From: Eledone cirrhosa
Lineage: Eukaryota
Direction: 5' to 3'
Length of the DNA: 64,000 bases
NCBI GenBank assembly: GCA_964016885.1
Contig: OZ024740.1
Location: 116,498,001 to 116,562,000 of the forward strand
Positions within the stretch are counted from its first letter, which is position 1. Each line of letters begins with the position of its first letter. This document shows positions 12,830-26,880 of this stretch, in pieces. The notes beneath the pieces are model-generated. The model was not told the origin of the DNA. It saw nothing but the letters and a program-made list of their open reading frames with translations, and ran no database searches. Both the position numbers and the translations under genes were made by a program.

Positions 12830-14430
12830 TCCTGCTGGATGGCAGGAGGACACCTTGGTTTAATCAACAGGTCAAACATGCCATCCGAGCTAAAAAGGAG
12901 GCCTATAAAACTTTGCAAGGAAATAAGTCCTTCTTGCACTTGCGGTACAAGAGTCATGAAGAATCACAGCAGAGACAGTAAAGACGGCCAAAGTTAAGAC
13001 ATGGGAGGACTTTGGGGTTAAGCTGGAATCCGGATTCGGATCAGCAAATAAAGTGTTCGGACAGACCATCCGCCGACTTCATAATAAGAAGTCCTCTTCC
13101 GCACCTACTATCAGGAACGAGCTCAAATGTGGCAAGGCCGTTGGGGAAGATGAAATCCAGGCCTGGTATGTTAAAATCGTTAAGTAGAGAAGGTATTCTC
13201 TTGCTGACTCGTGTGTGCCAGGTGGCCTTGATCTCTGGAAAGGCACCTAAGCAATGGCAATCAGAAGTGATAATCCCAATTTTTCAAAAAGGGAGACAAG
13301 GGATTGTTCCAATTAAAGAGAGATCTCCTTGTTAAGCCTCCCCGGTAAAGTCAATGTTAAGTATCTTGCAAAGCGATGCAGGGATATTGTCGAGTCCAAG
13401 CTAACTGACGAACAGTGTGGTTTTCGCCCCAGATGCAGCACAGCTGACTGAATAGTCACACTACACCTGGTCTTCAAGAAATTGTGGGAGTATTGCCAAG
13501 AAATATATACTTGTTTTGTAGACCTCAAAAAAGCATATGACCATGTTCCTCAGCACCTGCTGTGGAAGGTTCTGCATGAGTATGGGATTGATGAGGGTCA
13601 GCTTCTTGCTTCCCTGATGTCTATACGAATGCCCGAGTATTTGTATAAATGGTGATAAATTGAAACCATTCAATGAGGGAGTCAGACTCCACCAAGAGTG
13701 CATATGGCCACCTCACCAGTGGATTGGCAGTATCAGTAGAGGGTCAGATGCCATGCTTTGCAGCAAGAGTTACAGCCTTTTATGGTCCGAGTTCAAATCC
13801 CGCCGAGGTTAACTTTGCCTTTCATCCTTACGGGGTCGATAAAATAAAGTACCAGTCACTAACTGAGGTCGATTTAATCGACTTCCCCTTCCCCCAGAGT
13901 TGCTGGCATTGTGCCTATGTAAGAAACCATTATTTTCATGAACAGGGTTGACATGCTCAACCAGGTTGGAAGTGGTATCATGACTGGCAGGTGTAAAATC
14001 AGTCAGCTGGAATTTGCAGAAGGTGATCTAAGACTTTCACTTGATAGGTTTGATGCCGAGTGCTGCATGGCTGGAATGAAAATCAGTGCTGTGAAAACAG
14101 ATGCTCATCCTCTCAAGGAAGCCTGTGCAGTACACTCTACATGTAAATAGAGTTCCACTGAAGCAGGTAGAGAAGTTCAGGTATCTTGGGGCCATGTTCA
14201 TGAGTGATGGAAAGCAGGAGGCTGAATTAAGTGCAAAATTGCAGGAGATGTGCAGTAATGTACCCCCTCCTGCATTTGGTAATCAGAATAAGGGAAGTTG
14301 GTGTATAAGCCAAACTCATTATCTTCAGTTCGGTATTCTTGCCAACCTTTACCTATGGTCATGAATCTTGGGTGTTGACCGAAAGAATACAATAGTGAGT
14401 ACATGTGGCCGAAATGGGTTTCTCCAAATT
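12830..14430 (+). mobile_element. Degenerate RTE LINE (Expander/Rex3-like), interrupted by a SINE at about 13715-13935
   Basis: Remnants include IPIFQKG, EQCGFRP, CFVDLKKAYD and QVEKFRYLG, with many stops and frameshifts. Confidence 0.82.
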
Positions 14431-14713
14431 CAATGTTTTCTTTCAGAAAACAGCAGAATATGGTTTAAGGGAGACTTGGCTACTATTTCTAACAAGACTA
14501 GTGATTTCTTACAGGCTCCCTCATCAGATTTTTACTTATCTATGGGTGTGAATAATTTCTGACTGTAATTATCATATATCCACCTTAAATTAACTATCAC
14601 CATTGTCATACTGTTAATTATCGCTAATTATTATTTTTTTATCAGTTATGGAATGTTGGAAGTTTAATTTGGGATTGGTTAAATCTGATTCCTGAAGTCT
14701 TTACAATTTGGTT

Positions 14714-14882
14714 CCCCAACATTGAATAAATAACCCTCTACTCTATTCACCCTGGTATTGAATAAATCTCTCTTCTCCATTCACCCTAACAGTGTATAAA
14801 TCCTATCTTCCTTATTCATCCTGGTATTGAGTAAATCCCTTTCTTCTCCATTCAACTGGGCAATGTATAATCCTATCTTCTT
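14714..14882. repeat. Minisatellite, about 34-35 bp unit, about 5 copies
   Basis: Units like ccctggtattgaataaatc.c.cttctccattca. Confidence 0.8.
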
Positions 14883-17647
14883 TATGGGTTTCTACACTGT
14901 TTCTGCCTACCAATTTTTATTCACAAGCTATTTCTCAATCTGGGGTGATGGTGATGGTAACATATACTTGCCCAAAGTGTTGCAGTGGGGTATAACTTGA
15001 AATTATGTAGTTGCAAATCCCTGTGCCCATTGTTTTGATATTTGGTTGTTTTAAAATGTTGATAATAATCTAAAAAAATGTCCACCATAATTTTATGTAA
15101 GAACCTTTATATTTCAAGCACTAACTGAATAATGAGAAAATTAATTATATTACTAAAATTCTTAGAAATTCTTGATTATTTGAAAATCACAGGCAGTGTT
15201 TTCATGAGAAATATGGTAATGAAAGGGTTAAACATAGACAGTGTCTTTCATTAGAAATATGATAACAAAAAGGTTAAAAACACAGGCAGCCTTTCATTAG
15301 AAATATGGTAATGAAAGTTGTAATATTTGAGTTGTTTTTATTTATCATCACCATACTAATGTGATAAGAATTCAGTTACTAGTTTGTGTAACTAGTTTCT
15401 TTTGTGACATTATTATATAATATACCAAGTATAATATTCAAAGTCAAATAATTTAATCCCTCTGTAAAGTGTTTATCCTTCAATTGATAGCCAAGCCCCC
15501 CAAAACAACTAGTAATCAAAATAAATAGCATTGACCACCTGACCAATATGTTGTATCACATGATATAGTAAGCAAGTAAATCATGGAAAACCTGCATTGC
15601 TATTATATAAATGTTTCTCTTCATTTTTTATATATTGCATTCACACTTAACCCTTTAGTTACAGTGTTTCTAATGAAAAATGCTGCCTATAATTTTCAAA
15701 TCATTTTCAAATAAGTAACCATTTAGAAAGGTTTTTTGGCAGATGGAAGGTTTTTAGATAAATATACACAGCATTCTATCATAGAACAAGAGCAGTTTCA
15801 GGAGTTTTATCATCAAAATGTTTATGAATTGTTTGATTACTGGCATATTCTTGTAAACCTATGTAGGTTATACTATAATTTGGGTAAACTTTGGCCAGGC
15901 ATGCTCACTAGTGGATATTGGATATTATTTCCTTTGTATAGCTGTATTTGCACTGCATAGGATACAGCCATCTTTCATTGGTACTACAATAAACAATGGT
16001 TCCACATTGTGGAATTATCCACTTTCTCAATTTTAACAAACATTCAATTTCTACTTATTGCATGAAATGGTGCACATCTCACGTTTATATCACTGTTGAC
16101 TGTGCTATTTTTAGGTTTACATTATTATATTTAGCATTTACATTATTATATATATATATACTACTGTATTTTCACATAATTATCTCACATAATATTGAAT
16201 CTACGAGATTTTGATGTTATTTATTTTGAGAACAATACCTTGATGTAGGTATGAGCAGCCAGTTACAGCCGGTTTGAACAGAAAGAGGTGAAAGAGTTCT
16301 GGCTGGATATGGCCAGTTTAAATGCTAAAGGGTTAAGTTATATAAAGCTTGAAGACCACTTGTTAAAAAATTACACTAGAATGTCTCACAAAGCTTGAAA
16401 ACATAAATGTCTTTTAATTATTTGAAGCCCATATAGACTGTAGCTTGTTTCGTCTATGCCTGAATCCAGCCCTCGTTGACTGATAATTTTAAAGTTTTTG
16501 AATACTCCAGGAAATTATTTAGTAATTGAATCATCTTTTAATGCTAGGAAAGTATTCATGTAGTTAATTTTAATCATACAAATGAAGGAACTGTCTTGTG
16601 ATTCAATAAATAATTGCCAGTCATAGATTTGCTCACAAATATCTTATGAATGTCAAAAACCATGGCTTTACATGGTTGGGTAATTGTTTCAGAATTTACT
16701 AATTTGATTTTATCGAATATTGCTTTATTAACTTTTGATGTCCTGGGCCACATGAAACCACATTTGCAAGACATTTGTGAAAAGCACAAAACAGCACTAT
16801 GACTGCATCGTGTTAAAAATTGAAGTCTTGCAATCAGTCCACTAGCATTGATACTATAAACATTTGAATTAACGAAGCAGTTTTTACATATTTTCTGCTA
16901 AACCATTGCATGAAGTTCAGAATTAATGAACTCTTTCATTACCATATTTGTAATGAAAACGCTGCCTATGGTTTTCAAATTATTTTGAGAATAATCAAGA
17001 ATTTGAAGGGATTTAGTAAAAGAACTAATTTAGTCATTATTAATTTTGTGTCTGAAACATAACTTAACAAAGGTTCTTACATGAAATTATGATGGAAGGC
17101 TTTTAGATAAATATAAACAGCTTTGTATCAGAGAACCAGAGTTTGGTATCAAAATGGTTAAATTATATGTTGCTCCAAAATTAATGAATGATGTGACTTC
17201 CTCAACCTTTCCTTGTGTTGTTGCTTTAGTTGATCATCACCCTAGGTGTAAAATATAGATTCATTACTGATTGACAGTGCTTTTGAATGTAACTTATTGT
17301 AATTGCTCTTTACATTGGTATAGGCAGAAGTATCATTAGTCCTTTTGTTACCATATTTCTAATGAAAGACACTGCCGGTGATTTTCAAATCATTTTTGAA
17401 ATATTCAACAAGCTGGTGTTCTTATATAAAATTATGATGGAAGGTTTTTAGTTAAATACAAACACTTTAAAATATACAGCTTCATATCATAGAACCAGTA
17501 GGTCCATGCTGTTTGGTATCAAAAGAGTTAAAATTGCACAAACTGTGGCTTCCACACACACAAAATCTCTGATTTTTTTAGTAGTACATTTTCCCTTTCA
17601 GCAGACATGTGCAATCAGAAAAGATATGATATTAGAAACCACATATA

Positions 17648-17980
17648 TCATCATCATCATTTTACATCTGCTTTTCTCTGCTTGCAAGGGTGGGACGGGA
17701 ACTGATTCTGGCTTGATTTCTACAGCTGGATGCCCTTCCTAACACCAACCTCATTTACAGTGAGTGCTGGGTGCTTTTTTTCCGTGGCGCCTACACGGCC
17801 ACTTTACAGTGGAATGATATGGACCCCAGTCCTATCATCTCATTCTACAGCTGAGTAAACTGGAGCAATGTGAAATAAAGTATCTTGCTCAAGGAAACAA
17901 CACATCACCCGGTGCGAGAATTGAACTCACAACCTTTCGATTGCGAGCCCAATGCTCTAACCACTAAGCCATGTACCTCC
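17648..17980 (-). mobile_element. Same SINE family
   Basis: Reverse-complement match to 33207-33539. Confidence 0.85.
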
Positions 17981-19888
17981 ATTTATAACAGACATTTTTT
18001 TATATAGTTATTAATTTTTGATTACATAATCATATTGATATTTACATTATAAGTAGATTGCTTTTCAACTAGATAATATCTGTAGTAACACTATAAACCT
18101 TCTAAGTGTGTTATTGGGTAACTGCGACAATTATATTATTGCTGTGTGACTTACTTTCTCCGTGAATTGATCCACTATTGCACTATCAGTATTATACTTA
18201 ACAAAATTATGTTTTTGTATCTTTTTAGATAAGTAATGTCGGCAAATGAGGAATTTTTATCTTGGAGGTGAAGTAGACTGGAACGTACTCTTCTCCTACC
18301 CTAAATTTGTTTGTTGAATGAAATAGCATTTTGATAAGTCCTTTGCACTCACATAAGTTAATTCATCATTTAGTGTATAGTAAATTTCATAATAGACTTC
18401 TCCTATAATATATATAGTAGAATCATCCTTTTTCTACTGTCAGCAGTGTATTGAGTCAATTCTTCCAAGTGTGTGTGACATTACAGCTGACAAAGTTGTG
18501 ATAGTAATGGAAGGGTGGTAGGATATCATTGTTACCAGTATAATGCATTTATGCAAAATCTAATAATGTGGTCCCTTTGTAAAATGTTTATACAAAACAA
18601 AGCTAAAGTTACAAGAAGCTTTCCTTAACTGAATAAGCAAGCCCCTTGCATTGATCTGGCAACCATATTAATAACACGCATTAATTGAGCATTACTTGAA
18701 TCACCTGATATAGCAATCATGTCAGTTGTATAAAACATGCCATGTTACTATATGAATCGTCATTTAACATTGGATTTTTTCCATGGTGGTATGAGTTGGA
18801 TGGGTCACCACAGACAGTTGGTAGTTATTGTCTTCTCACTGATGAGCTAGGTGATGGGAGGAGCACATCTCTTATGTTCTGGTTTTTGTACTTGGCTGTC
18901 CTTCTTATCATTAACTCCTCCCCAGAGTGTACTGGGTACATTTTATTGTGATACCCAACATTAATGTTATATCTATTATGCTATTAGTTTTATTTAGTGC
19001 TGGTAGCACACTAACATATTTTGATATCACTGAAATTTAAAGTGTAATTCTTACCTCAGTAGCCATCAACTTCGTTTGTTTATAAAAGTATATTTGAAAA
19101 TGGTTTTTATCTTTTATCAACTTGAACTTTGTATATAATATATTTATTTATCAATTATCCTATTTTCTCTCTTTATAATCTCAATAAATAAATAAAATTC
19201 AATTTTAGACTTTAATCAAGAGGTGGAATGTAACCCCTGACCAATCAATATGAGGAACGACTATTCTCACACTGTCTAGCTATTTTCAACTTAGCAAATG
19301 TAGTTTATTGACTTGATTTACTTCAATGGCAAAGACAGCAAATTGACAGTCTTTAGCGCATTGATAATGTCTCCGTTTTTATTCTGGCTCACTGTACTTT
19401 GAGTTCAAATTCTGACTAGATCAACCTTTTGAGGTTGATAAAGTATCAGTGCACTACTGGGGTTGACCCCCCCCCCCCCTGTCTCTCTTGATTACTTTCT
19501 CTCACTCTGTGTTCTGATCTGAAGAAAGATGGCCTCTGCCAGGTGTAAAATACTCAAGACAACGCCCCTATGATTCCATCAAGAGTTAGCCCCACCCCCT
19601 CCAAAAAAAAAAACGTTTGATATAGTTAAAGAATTAAAGATTTTGTGTGTTTTTTTTAAAATATAATGTTTCAAAGTAATTGAATGTTAAACAGATTGAT
19701 ATTTCTGCTTTTGAGGACTAAGAAAACATTCAGTTAAAGATACAGTCATTATGCATATCTATTATACAACTTAACTATCCAGCTAAACTCCCTCAAACTT
19801 GCTACAAACGTTAGACTCCAATATTTGATTTTTCATGGTGATCATATATCACATTGTATTCACAAAGTCTTTGTTTATTCTCCAGCAC

Positions 19889-20175
19889 AAAATACTTCAG
19901 ATTTGAGTAGTTATCTTCCACTATAAATACTTCAGATTGGAACTGTTGGCCGTCTATTAAAGATACTTCAGATTTGAGCTGTTATTGATCTTCTGCAATA
20001 ACTACTTCAGATTTGAGCTGTTGTTGATTAATCATCATTTAACATCCATTTCCCCTCTCTATGATAAATATTTCAGATTTGAGCTGTTGTTGATCCTTTA
20101 TTATAAATACATCAAATTTGAGCTGTTGTTGATCCTTTATTATAAATATTTTAAATTTGAGCTGTTGTTGATTTG
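19889..20175. repeat. Minisatellite, about 36-39 bp unit, 7 copies
   Basis: Core sequence aaatacttcagatttgagctgttgttgat. Confidence 0.9.
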
Positions 20176-20564
20176 CTTTAGAATACTGCTTTAAATCAGT
20201 CTCATTGAATCCCTGTCAACATGGGAAAAACTAGCATAAAGATGATAATAATATCTAATTTAATGGAAATAAAATAAAAAGCAGTATGGTTATTAGCATA
20301 TCAGTATCATATGAAATAATATGTGTATTTAGAAGAAAATTTGAATATATTCATTATCATTCTCCAAACCATGCCAGCATGAAAAATGGATGTAAGATGA
20401 TTATGATGATAATGATTGTTAATGTGTTGTTTTGAAAGGCACTTCTATTGGTGCTCATTAAAAACAAATTATTGATTTTCAAATTAACCAAAAGATTAGT
20501 TTGATTATGAGTCATTGCAATTCTCAGTTTAAATGATGCATCATAGAAATATTTCTTTCATCCC

Positions 20565-20913
20565 TCATATCATCATCATCATCATCATCATTTTACGTCC
20601 GCTTTTCCCTGCTTGCAAGGGTGGGACAGGAACTGATTCTGGCTTGATTTCTACAGCTGGATGCCCTTCCTAACACCAACCTCATTTACAGTGAGTACTG
20701 GGTGCTTTTTCTTCCGTGGCACCTCCACGACCACTTTGCAGTGGAATGATAGGGACCCCAGTCCCTATCATCTCATTTCTACAGCTGAGTAAACTGGAGC
20801 AATGTGAAATAAAGTGTCTTGCTCAAGGAAACAACACATCACCTGGTCTGAGAATTGAACTCACAACCTTTCGATTCCAAGCCCAATGCTCTAACCACTA
20901 AGCCATATGCCTC
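20565..20913 (-). mobile_element. Same SINE family
   Basis: Reverse-complement match to 33207-33539. Confidence 0.85.
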
Positions 20914-20966
20914 ATAATAATTGAATAAATCTCCAGTGTAGCATTTTAATATGCATCACGAATCCA

Positions 20967-21003
<37 letters not shown>

Positions 21004-21747
21004 AGTGATTTAATAATATAATTAACTTTTCTCATTATTAAGCTGGTGTTTAGAATATAACATAAAATTATAATAGAATATTTTTAGATGAATATAAACC
21101 CTTTAAAATAAACAGCTTTGTATAGTAGGACCAAGGGTAGTTAGGTATGAAAAGGGATAACTCTTTAGATACTAGAATGTACTAGTACACCTTTACTCTC
21201 CTATTTATATTAGTTTCATTTGTCAAGCACTGGTCCAGATTATATATAGAAATTTTATTAAAATATCTCTTTTATGTTTTTAAAAAAAATTTATTTCATG
21301 AAGTTGTCATCGTTTAATGTCCATCTTCCCTGCTAGTAAAAGTGCAAAAATGAATTCTGGTCTAGAGTAGAAAAATACTAAAAACAGCACTGGCACTAAA
21401 CAAGTTATTATATGATTGAAAATATTTGATAAAGTCAATGAAAGATATTGTTAAAATGCCTTTCATATAGGGGTGGTGTATTGGTGGAATTGTTAGTGTT
21501 AGATGCTTTCCTGTATCTGTTCTAGCTCAGTACATTGTGTGTGTTTATATTCCACTTAGGGATATGAATCCTACCAATTGCCAACCTTAATTACCTGACT
21601 ATGGGATCACCATCATCATTATCATCATACATCCATTTTACTTTCTAGAAATGGTTGGACTAACTGATTATGAAAACTGAGTATAAGAGGAATCAAATGT
21701 AGTGTGCAAGTGAGAAAACTGTGCTGGTCTTGCAATGTGATGCATAT

Positions 21748-21952
21748 AATAATAATGAAATTATTGTGCAAAGTGCTCAGGTGCACTACAACTCGTCAAA
21801 GGTGCATGTATAGTACATAGAATAATATACAAATGTCAGGGAAGTGAATAGTGTATGAGTCATGATATACATGTGTGTATGTGTATGGAGGGGGAACATT
21901 AGGTGTAGTGTTAGCGAATCTCGGGAAGCATGGAGGTTTTAAAGGATGCAGA
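21748..21952 (-). mobile_element. CR1 3' tail fragment
   Basis: Matches the 3' UTR of the CR1 copies. Further tails lie at 29860-30066 (+), 40450-40503 (-) and 48903-48990 (-). Confidence 0.85.
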
Positions 21953-22807
21953 TGATGATTGTTGAAAACATTCCAAGAGGTACCAGTGGAAGGAAACTGC
22001 AGAAGGAAAACCTGGACTGAAGTGGTGAGAGTGGATCTCAAAATGTTGAACCTCACAGAGGAGATAATGAAGGAATGAAACAAGGTGATGGAAGCTGTAT
22101 TGGGAAGGACCCATCCAGCCTGTGTAAGTGTGGCAGAATGGATGTAAAAGGAAGAATGAGTGAAGGAAGATTATGGTTGTCTCTTACTACAGATGAATGA
22201 TGATGATACACAATTATCCTATTCTGAATCATATAAATGGACATATTATATGAAACAAATATACATAACAAATATTTTATTAAGAACATATAAATAAATA
22301 AATGGTGGGTTTTCACATCTTTGAAACATCTAATGAGCCCTCCTGACCCTTTGTTTGACAGGTTTTCTATAGCTGGATGTCCTTGCTATCACCAACTATT
22401 TTAGCAAGTGCATTTTATTGTGGCACTGCACTAGGGAGGCTGTTGAGGTTTTGACATCTGAAGACCCCCCCCCTCTATTTGGCAGGATTTCTATGGCTGG
22501 ATGACTTTCCAACCACCAATCATTTTACAGTGTATACTGGATGTGTTTATCCAGTAGATCACCTATACTAGAGAGGGTGTCATGCCTTTAAACCACCTGT
22601 ACTGAGTATATTTTTATGGCACCAGCACTAGAGTTGAGAAATGAAGTCTATTTGATTTGATTGCTCTCCTGATTGGTAGGTAATCAGATTATAGGTTGGT
22701 TTCTGGAAATATATATATATATACACACACACACTATATATGTATATATTATACTCTATGTATTGAGTACCTTACTTACTGTGGTTACCCCCGATTGAAC
22801 CCAGGAT

Positions 22808-22846
<39 letters not shown>

Positions 22847-24567
22847 CATACACATATAGACACACACACACATATATATATATAATCAGCAAACAGCTTT
22901 GTTCTGTAAAACAATGGGTTATGTACTAGTATATAGAATGTCCTTTTGATCATTAAAAAATTAAATAATTTTGGTTGCACTTCAAAATTGCATAAAGTTC
23001 ATTTGAAAAAAAAAAAAAAAAAAAACAAAAACAGAGAATGGGATAGATAAATTTCCTACACATTAGATATTCTGTAACATGGTTCTGCTAGTACTTACTA
23101 GGATGTGAAATATGTAATATCCTTATGGTTGTTAACTTATCAAGTGACTTTGAGAGAATAGTATAGATCAGTGGTTCTCAAAGACCCAGGTCACATCCTC
23201 TCTTTGCGATCCCATTTTCCTCAATCCCTTTCATTTTGATTTATCATCTGGTAATGTTTTTAACAATATCCTATTACAGTATTAATTGTTAAGACAATAA
23301 ACTATATTAATGTTTTTTTACCTTATATTTGGGTATCGGCGGTGAATTGGCAGAGTCATTAGAACATAAGATAAAATGCTTAATGTTATTCATTCCAGCT
23401 CTCTGCTCTCCGAGTTCAAATCCTGCGGAGGTCAACTTTGCCTTTCATCCTTTCGAGGTTGATAAAAAAAAGTTCCCGTCTAGTACTGGGGTCGATTCTT
23501 CTTCTATATCTCTTTCTCATTTCCTCTTTCTCATTTTCTATCTTTCTCTGTAAGAAATCTGTTGTACTCTGGCCTGGAGAGGGATGAGCTCCACCAGGCT
23601 TAAAATGCCCAAGAAACGCTGTATGTCAATAAAATGCCCATACGACTCTATCAGGAGTCACGAGACCATACATACATAGTTGGGTATATTGTTTCATATA
23701 TATATGAAATAGGTGTATTCCTGATGTATATCGGGAGGTGACCACAGTTAAAAACGGTACACTGTATTTTAGTAGGATACAAGCATCTCTAATTTATTAT
23801 AGAAATGACTTCTACAAGACTACTAGTCCTGTAGATGTCATTTCTATAATAAATTACAGATATATAAACATACATATAAAGAATAGTGTCCCAGTTTGGA
23901 TTCCTTCTCTGTCTAACATTTTGTTAGTCAAAGAAGAATTCCTCTCTTGGCTAAAATTTATATTCGTCCCCTGGGAGCAAAGTGTGTTTTACTTGAGAAT
24001 CACTGGGACAGACAGACTTTCATATATTCATCAAGTCTTAGATTTTCTGTATCTAACATGGTTCTGATAGTATTTACTAGTATGTGAACTGCCTTTATAA
24101 TGTCCTTTTCTACACAGACTAATCAAATTACTTCAGATGCACTTAAAAACTGTATAAAGTTAATTTCTATTTATTTATCTTTTCTTGTGTCTCATGACTC
24201 ATTGACTCCTTGGGGTATGTTTTTACATTCTTTTTTACTTTCTTTCCCTTATATTTTAATTTTTAAAAAATATTTTTCTTTCCCCTCTAACTTTTATTGT
24301 ATTAAAAAAAAAAATTATTACAAATTAGGAGCTGGTAAGATCATTATAAAATAAGAAACAGCAACATAAACAATATCAAATTTAGAATACCAATTATAGA
24401 ATAATGTAACAAAGTAGCTAATTAATAACAAAATAGAAAAATACAACAAATTATAATCAAATTATGACACAATTCTTTTTTATTTTCATTTTCTAGACTG
24501 TCATCAAGTTGACATTTTTAATGGTATTCTTTTTGTTTCTTTTCTTTTTATTTCCTGTACATTTTAG

Positions 24568-24679
24568 GTTTCATCAACAGTGAGGAAACATTTCTATATC
24601 CAGGCAGGACTATTTACACCAGTAACACTGCTTGCTATCAGCATGGCTTCAGAAAGTGAAGAAACTACTACACCAGCAG
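24568..24679 (+). CDS. RMDN1: RMDN1 coding exon (first confidently placed; ATG at 24643, frame open back to the acceptor)
   Basis: Polypyrimidine tract with ttttag acceptor and G|gtaaga donor. Reads VSSTVRKHFYIQAGLFTPVTLLAISMASESEETTTPA. The phase-1 end joins exon 30084 in frame. Confidence 0.7.
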
Positions 24680-24829
24680 GTAAGACATCTTTCTCTCATT
24701 TTATTGAAAAGGAGATGGAATGCTTAAAAGTGTTTAGATCTCGATAAGATGCATGTGTAATCCAGTTTGATTGATAGTTATAGCTGAACTCTTTCAACTT
24801 TGCTGCCAATGACATTAATACATGAACCA

Positions 24830-25160
24830 ACAGGTGGAACAACTTCATCACTAACAAAGAAGTCCGTCAATGAACCCATCAACAACGTGTGTCTAACATC
24901 ATGTGCAAGCATTGACTTGACTGGTTGTAACACGTCACATGACTCCTAAGTGAGAGATATGCTAATCAGGTCCTGTATTGGTACCTCCATGGAACGAGGT
25001 GAAGAGGACGTCTCAAGATGAACTGGCAGCAGACAATCAACAGGGACCTGAAACCAGTCAACAAAAGTTGGAACGATGCATTGATAGATGCAACTGACTG
25101 TGGTCATTGGAGCACTTTGGCTGCTTCATGTGTCTCAAGATGTAGGAGCTTCTAAATCTA
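24830..25160 (+). mobile_element. Old RTE-type LINE 3' fragment
   Basis: Degenerate RGR(P)KMNW...DL...W C-terminal pattern. Confidence 0.55.
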
Positions 25161-26271
25161 TGTCTAACAATGGAGCCTGTATATAGTTATTCAGCCTGTT
25201 AAAAATAGCAGCCAAATTTCATCATATCACACCCTTCCATATAAAAAAAAGGATACATTAGATATTGTAGTCCTGGATACATTGCTGAAACTTTCATCAG
25301 AGCTGACCTGGAACTAAACAACATGAAATGTTATATAATGTCTCTTTGCTTCATCTAATAACTTCTAGTTAGGTAAGAATGCAATACTTTCATCTTAAAA
25401 GGAGTGTTGACTTTACAGAAATTGTAGATCACTGCATCACTGTTGTACTTGTATAATTTCATTTGAAAAAGTGTCAAATTTACTAACATCAAGAACAGAA
25501 AAGATTATGAAAATATAATGTATGGTTCCATCTTCCTCCCTATTGCTCCCTCCCCAGAGCTGAGAGGGCTCTACAGTTGGGACTATGACCAACAACCTTT
25601 CCGGTGATTGTGCCATGAAAATACACCTGGTACACTCCATATGGTTGGTTGGTAACAGGAAGGGCACCTCACTGAAATCCATGCCTATAAGGGTCAAGAG
25701 AACCACTTAGCTGTGTCAAAGACTCAACAACCTCTCTAGTGTTGGTGATCTACATAATAAATGCACCCAGTACACGTAAAGTGGTGGGTGATAGGAAGGT
25801 CATCGACCTGTAGAAAGCTTCCCAAACAAAAGGTTGGGAGGACCTTTTAGTTATGTCAAGGATTTGACACCCTCCCTATTGTTGGTGATCTACACAATAA
25901 AAGCTCCCAGTACATGCTATATAAACTTCTCTACACTCAATAATTGTTTCTACTTTTGGCACAAGGCCAGCAATTATCCAGTACATTACTGGTACTTTAT
26001 TTTATCGACCCCATAAGGATGAAAGGCAAAGTTAACCTCGGCGGGATTTGAACTCAGAATGGCAAGGGCCGTAACTCTATGCGTCAAAGCATGGCGTCCA
26101 ACCCTCTACCGATACTGCCAATTCAACGCCCAATAATGACTGTACATAAGTGAGATACAGACCTCCTTGGCCTGTCTGGGACGTCAGTGGCCCTGCTTCA
26201 GTACTAACTTGGTCTATGTAGACCCATCCAACCTTTACTAGCGGTGAAAGCGGATGTTAAATGATGATGGT

Positions 26272-26880
26272 CCATTTTACTGTATGGAGTTGAATCTATT
26301 ATCAAATAGATTAGAAACCTTTGAGATGTGGGCATATAGAAGACTTGAAAATATGGACAGAACACAAAACCATTGATGAAGTATCAAAAAAAGGAAGTAA
26401 AATTTATTAGACACCATCGAAGGGAGAGAACTAAAATATTTTGGACAGAATTTGATAAAAAATAGTTTAACACATTTCATACCAAGCTGCTCTAAACCAC
26501 ATCGAGTTCTAGGAAACAAAACCAATCTTTTTTAAGGTTTCCTATTGAAATAAATAAAAAAAAACAACCTTCAACATAATTTTATACAAGAACCATTTGT
26601 TTCAAAAACTATTTTAATAATGAAATAATAAATAATTTTATTAAATCACTCTAAAACCTCCATCATTTAAATGAAAAATCGTGTTTTTCATTAGAAATAT
26701 GGTAATAAAAGGGTTAAAGCAAAATGAATGGGAAAAGAAGAGAAAGTCAAGATTTATGTGTGGATGGATAATATCAAGAATTGGATAAACTTAAAATTCA
26801 GTGTAAGGACAGCAGAAGAAAGACAGATGGCAATCCATGGTATTGAACTTGCTGTGAGTAGCTGATAACTGATGATGATA
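26272..26880 (+). mobile_element. Old RTE (BovB-like) 3' fragment interrupted by a TTAA MITE
   Basis: ILLYGVES, LETFEMWAYRR, LKYFG and WMDNIKNW remnants, plus a GAT tail. Confidence 0.6.
26478..26717. mobile_element. piggyBac-like MITE family 2 (terminus ccc(t)tttgttaccatatttctaatgaaa)
   Basis: Ends ...gaaatatggtaataaaagggttaa. Related copies are near 15030-15320, 15648-15810, 16925-17160, 17340-17532, 21020-21160, 27100-27260 and 31285-31523. Confidence 0.65.

Noticed and set aside
19889-20175. CRISPR-like repeat/spacer appearance
   Set aside because: The 'spacers' are only about 10-14 nt and related to each other, the repeats are degenerate, there are no cas genes, and the context is eukaryotic. 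It is a minisatellite.
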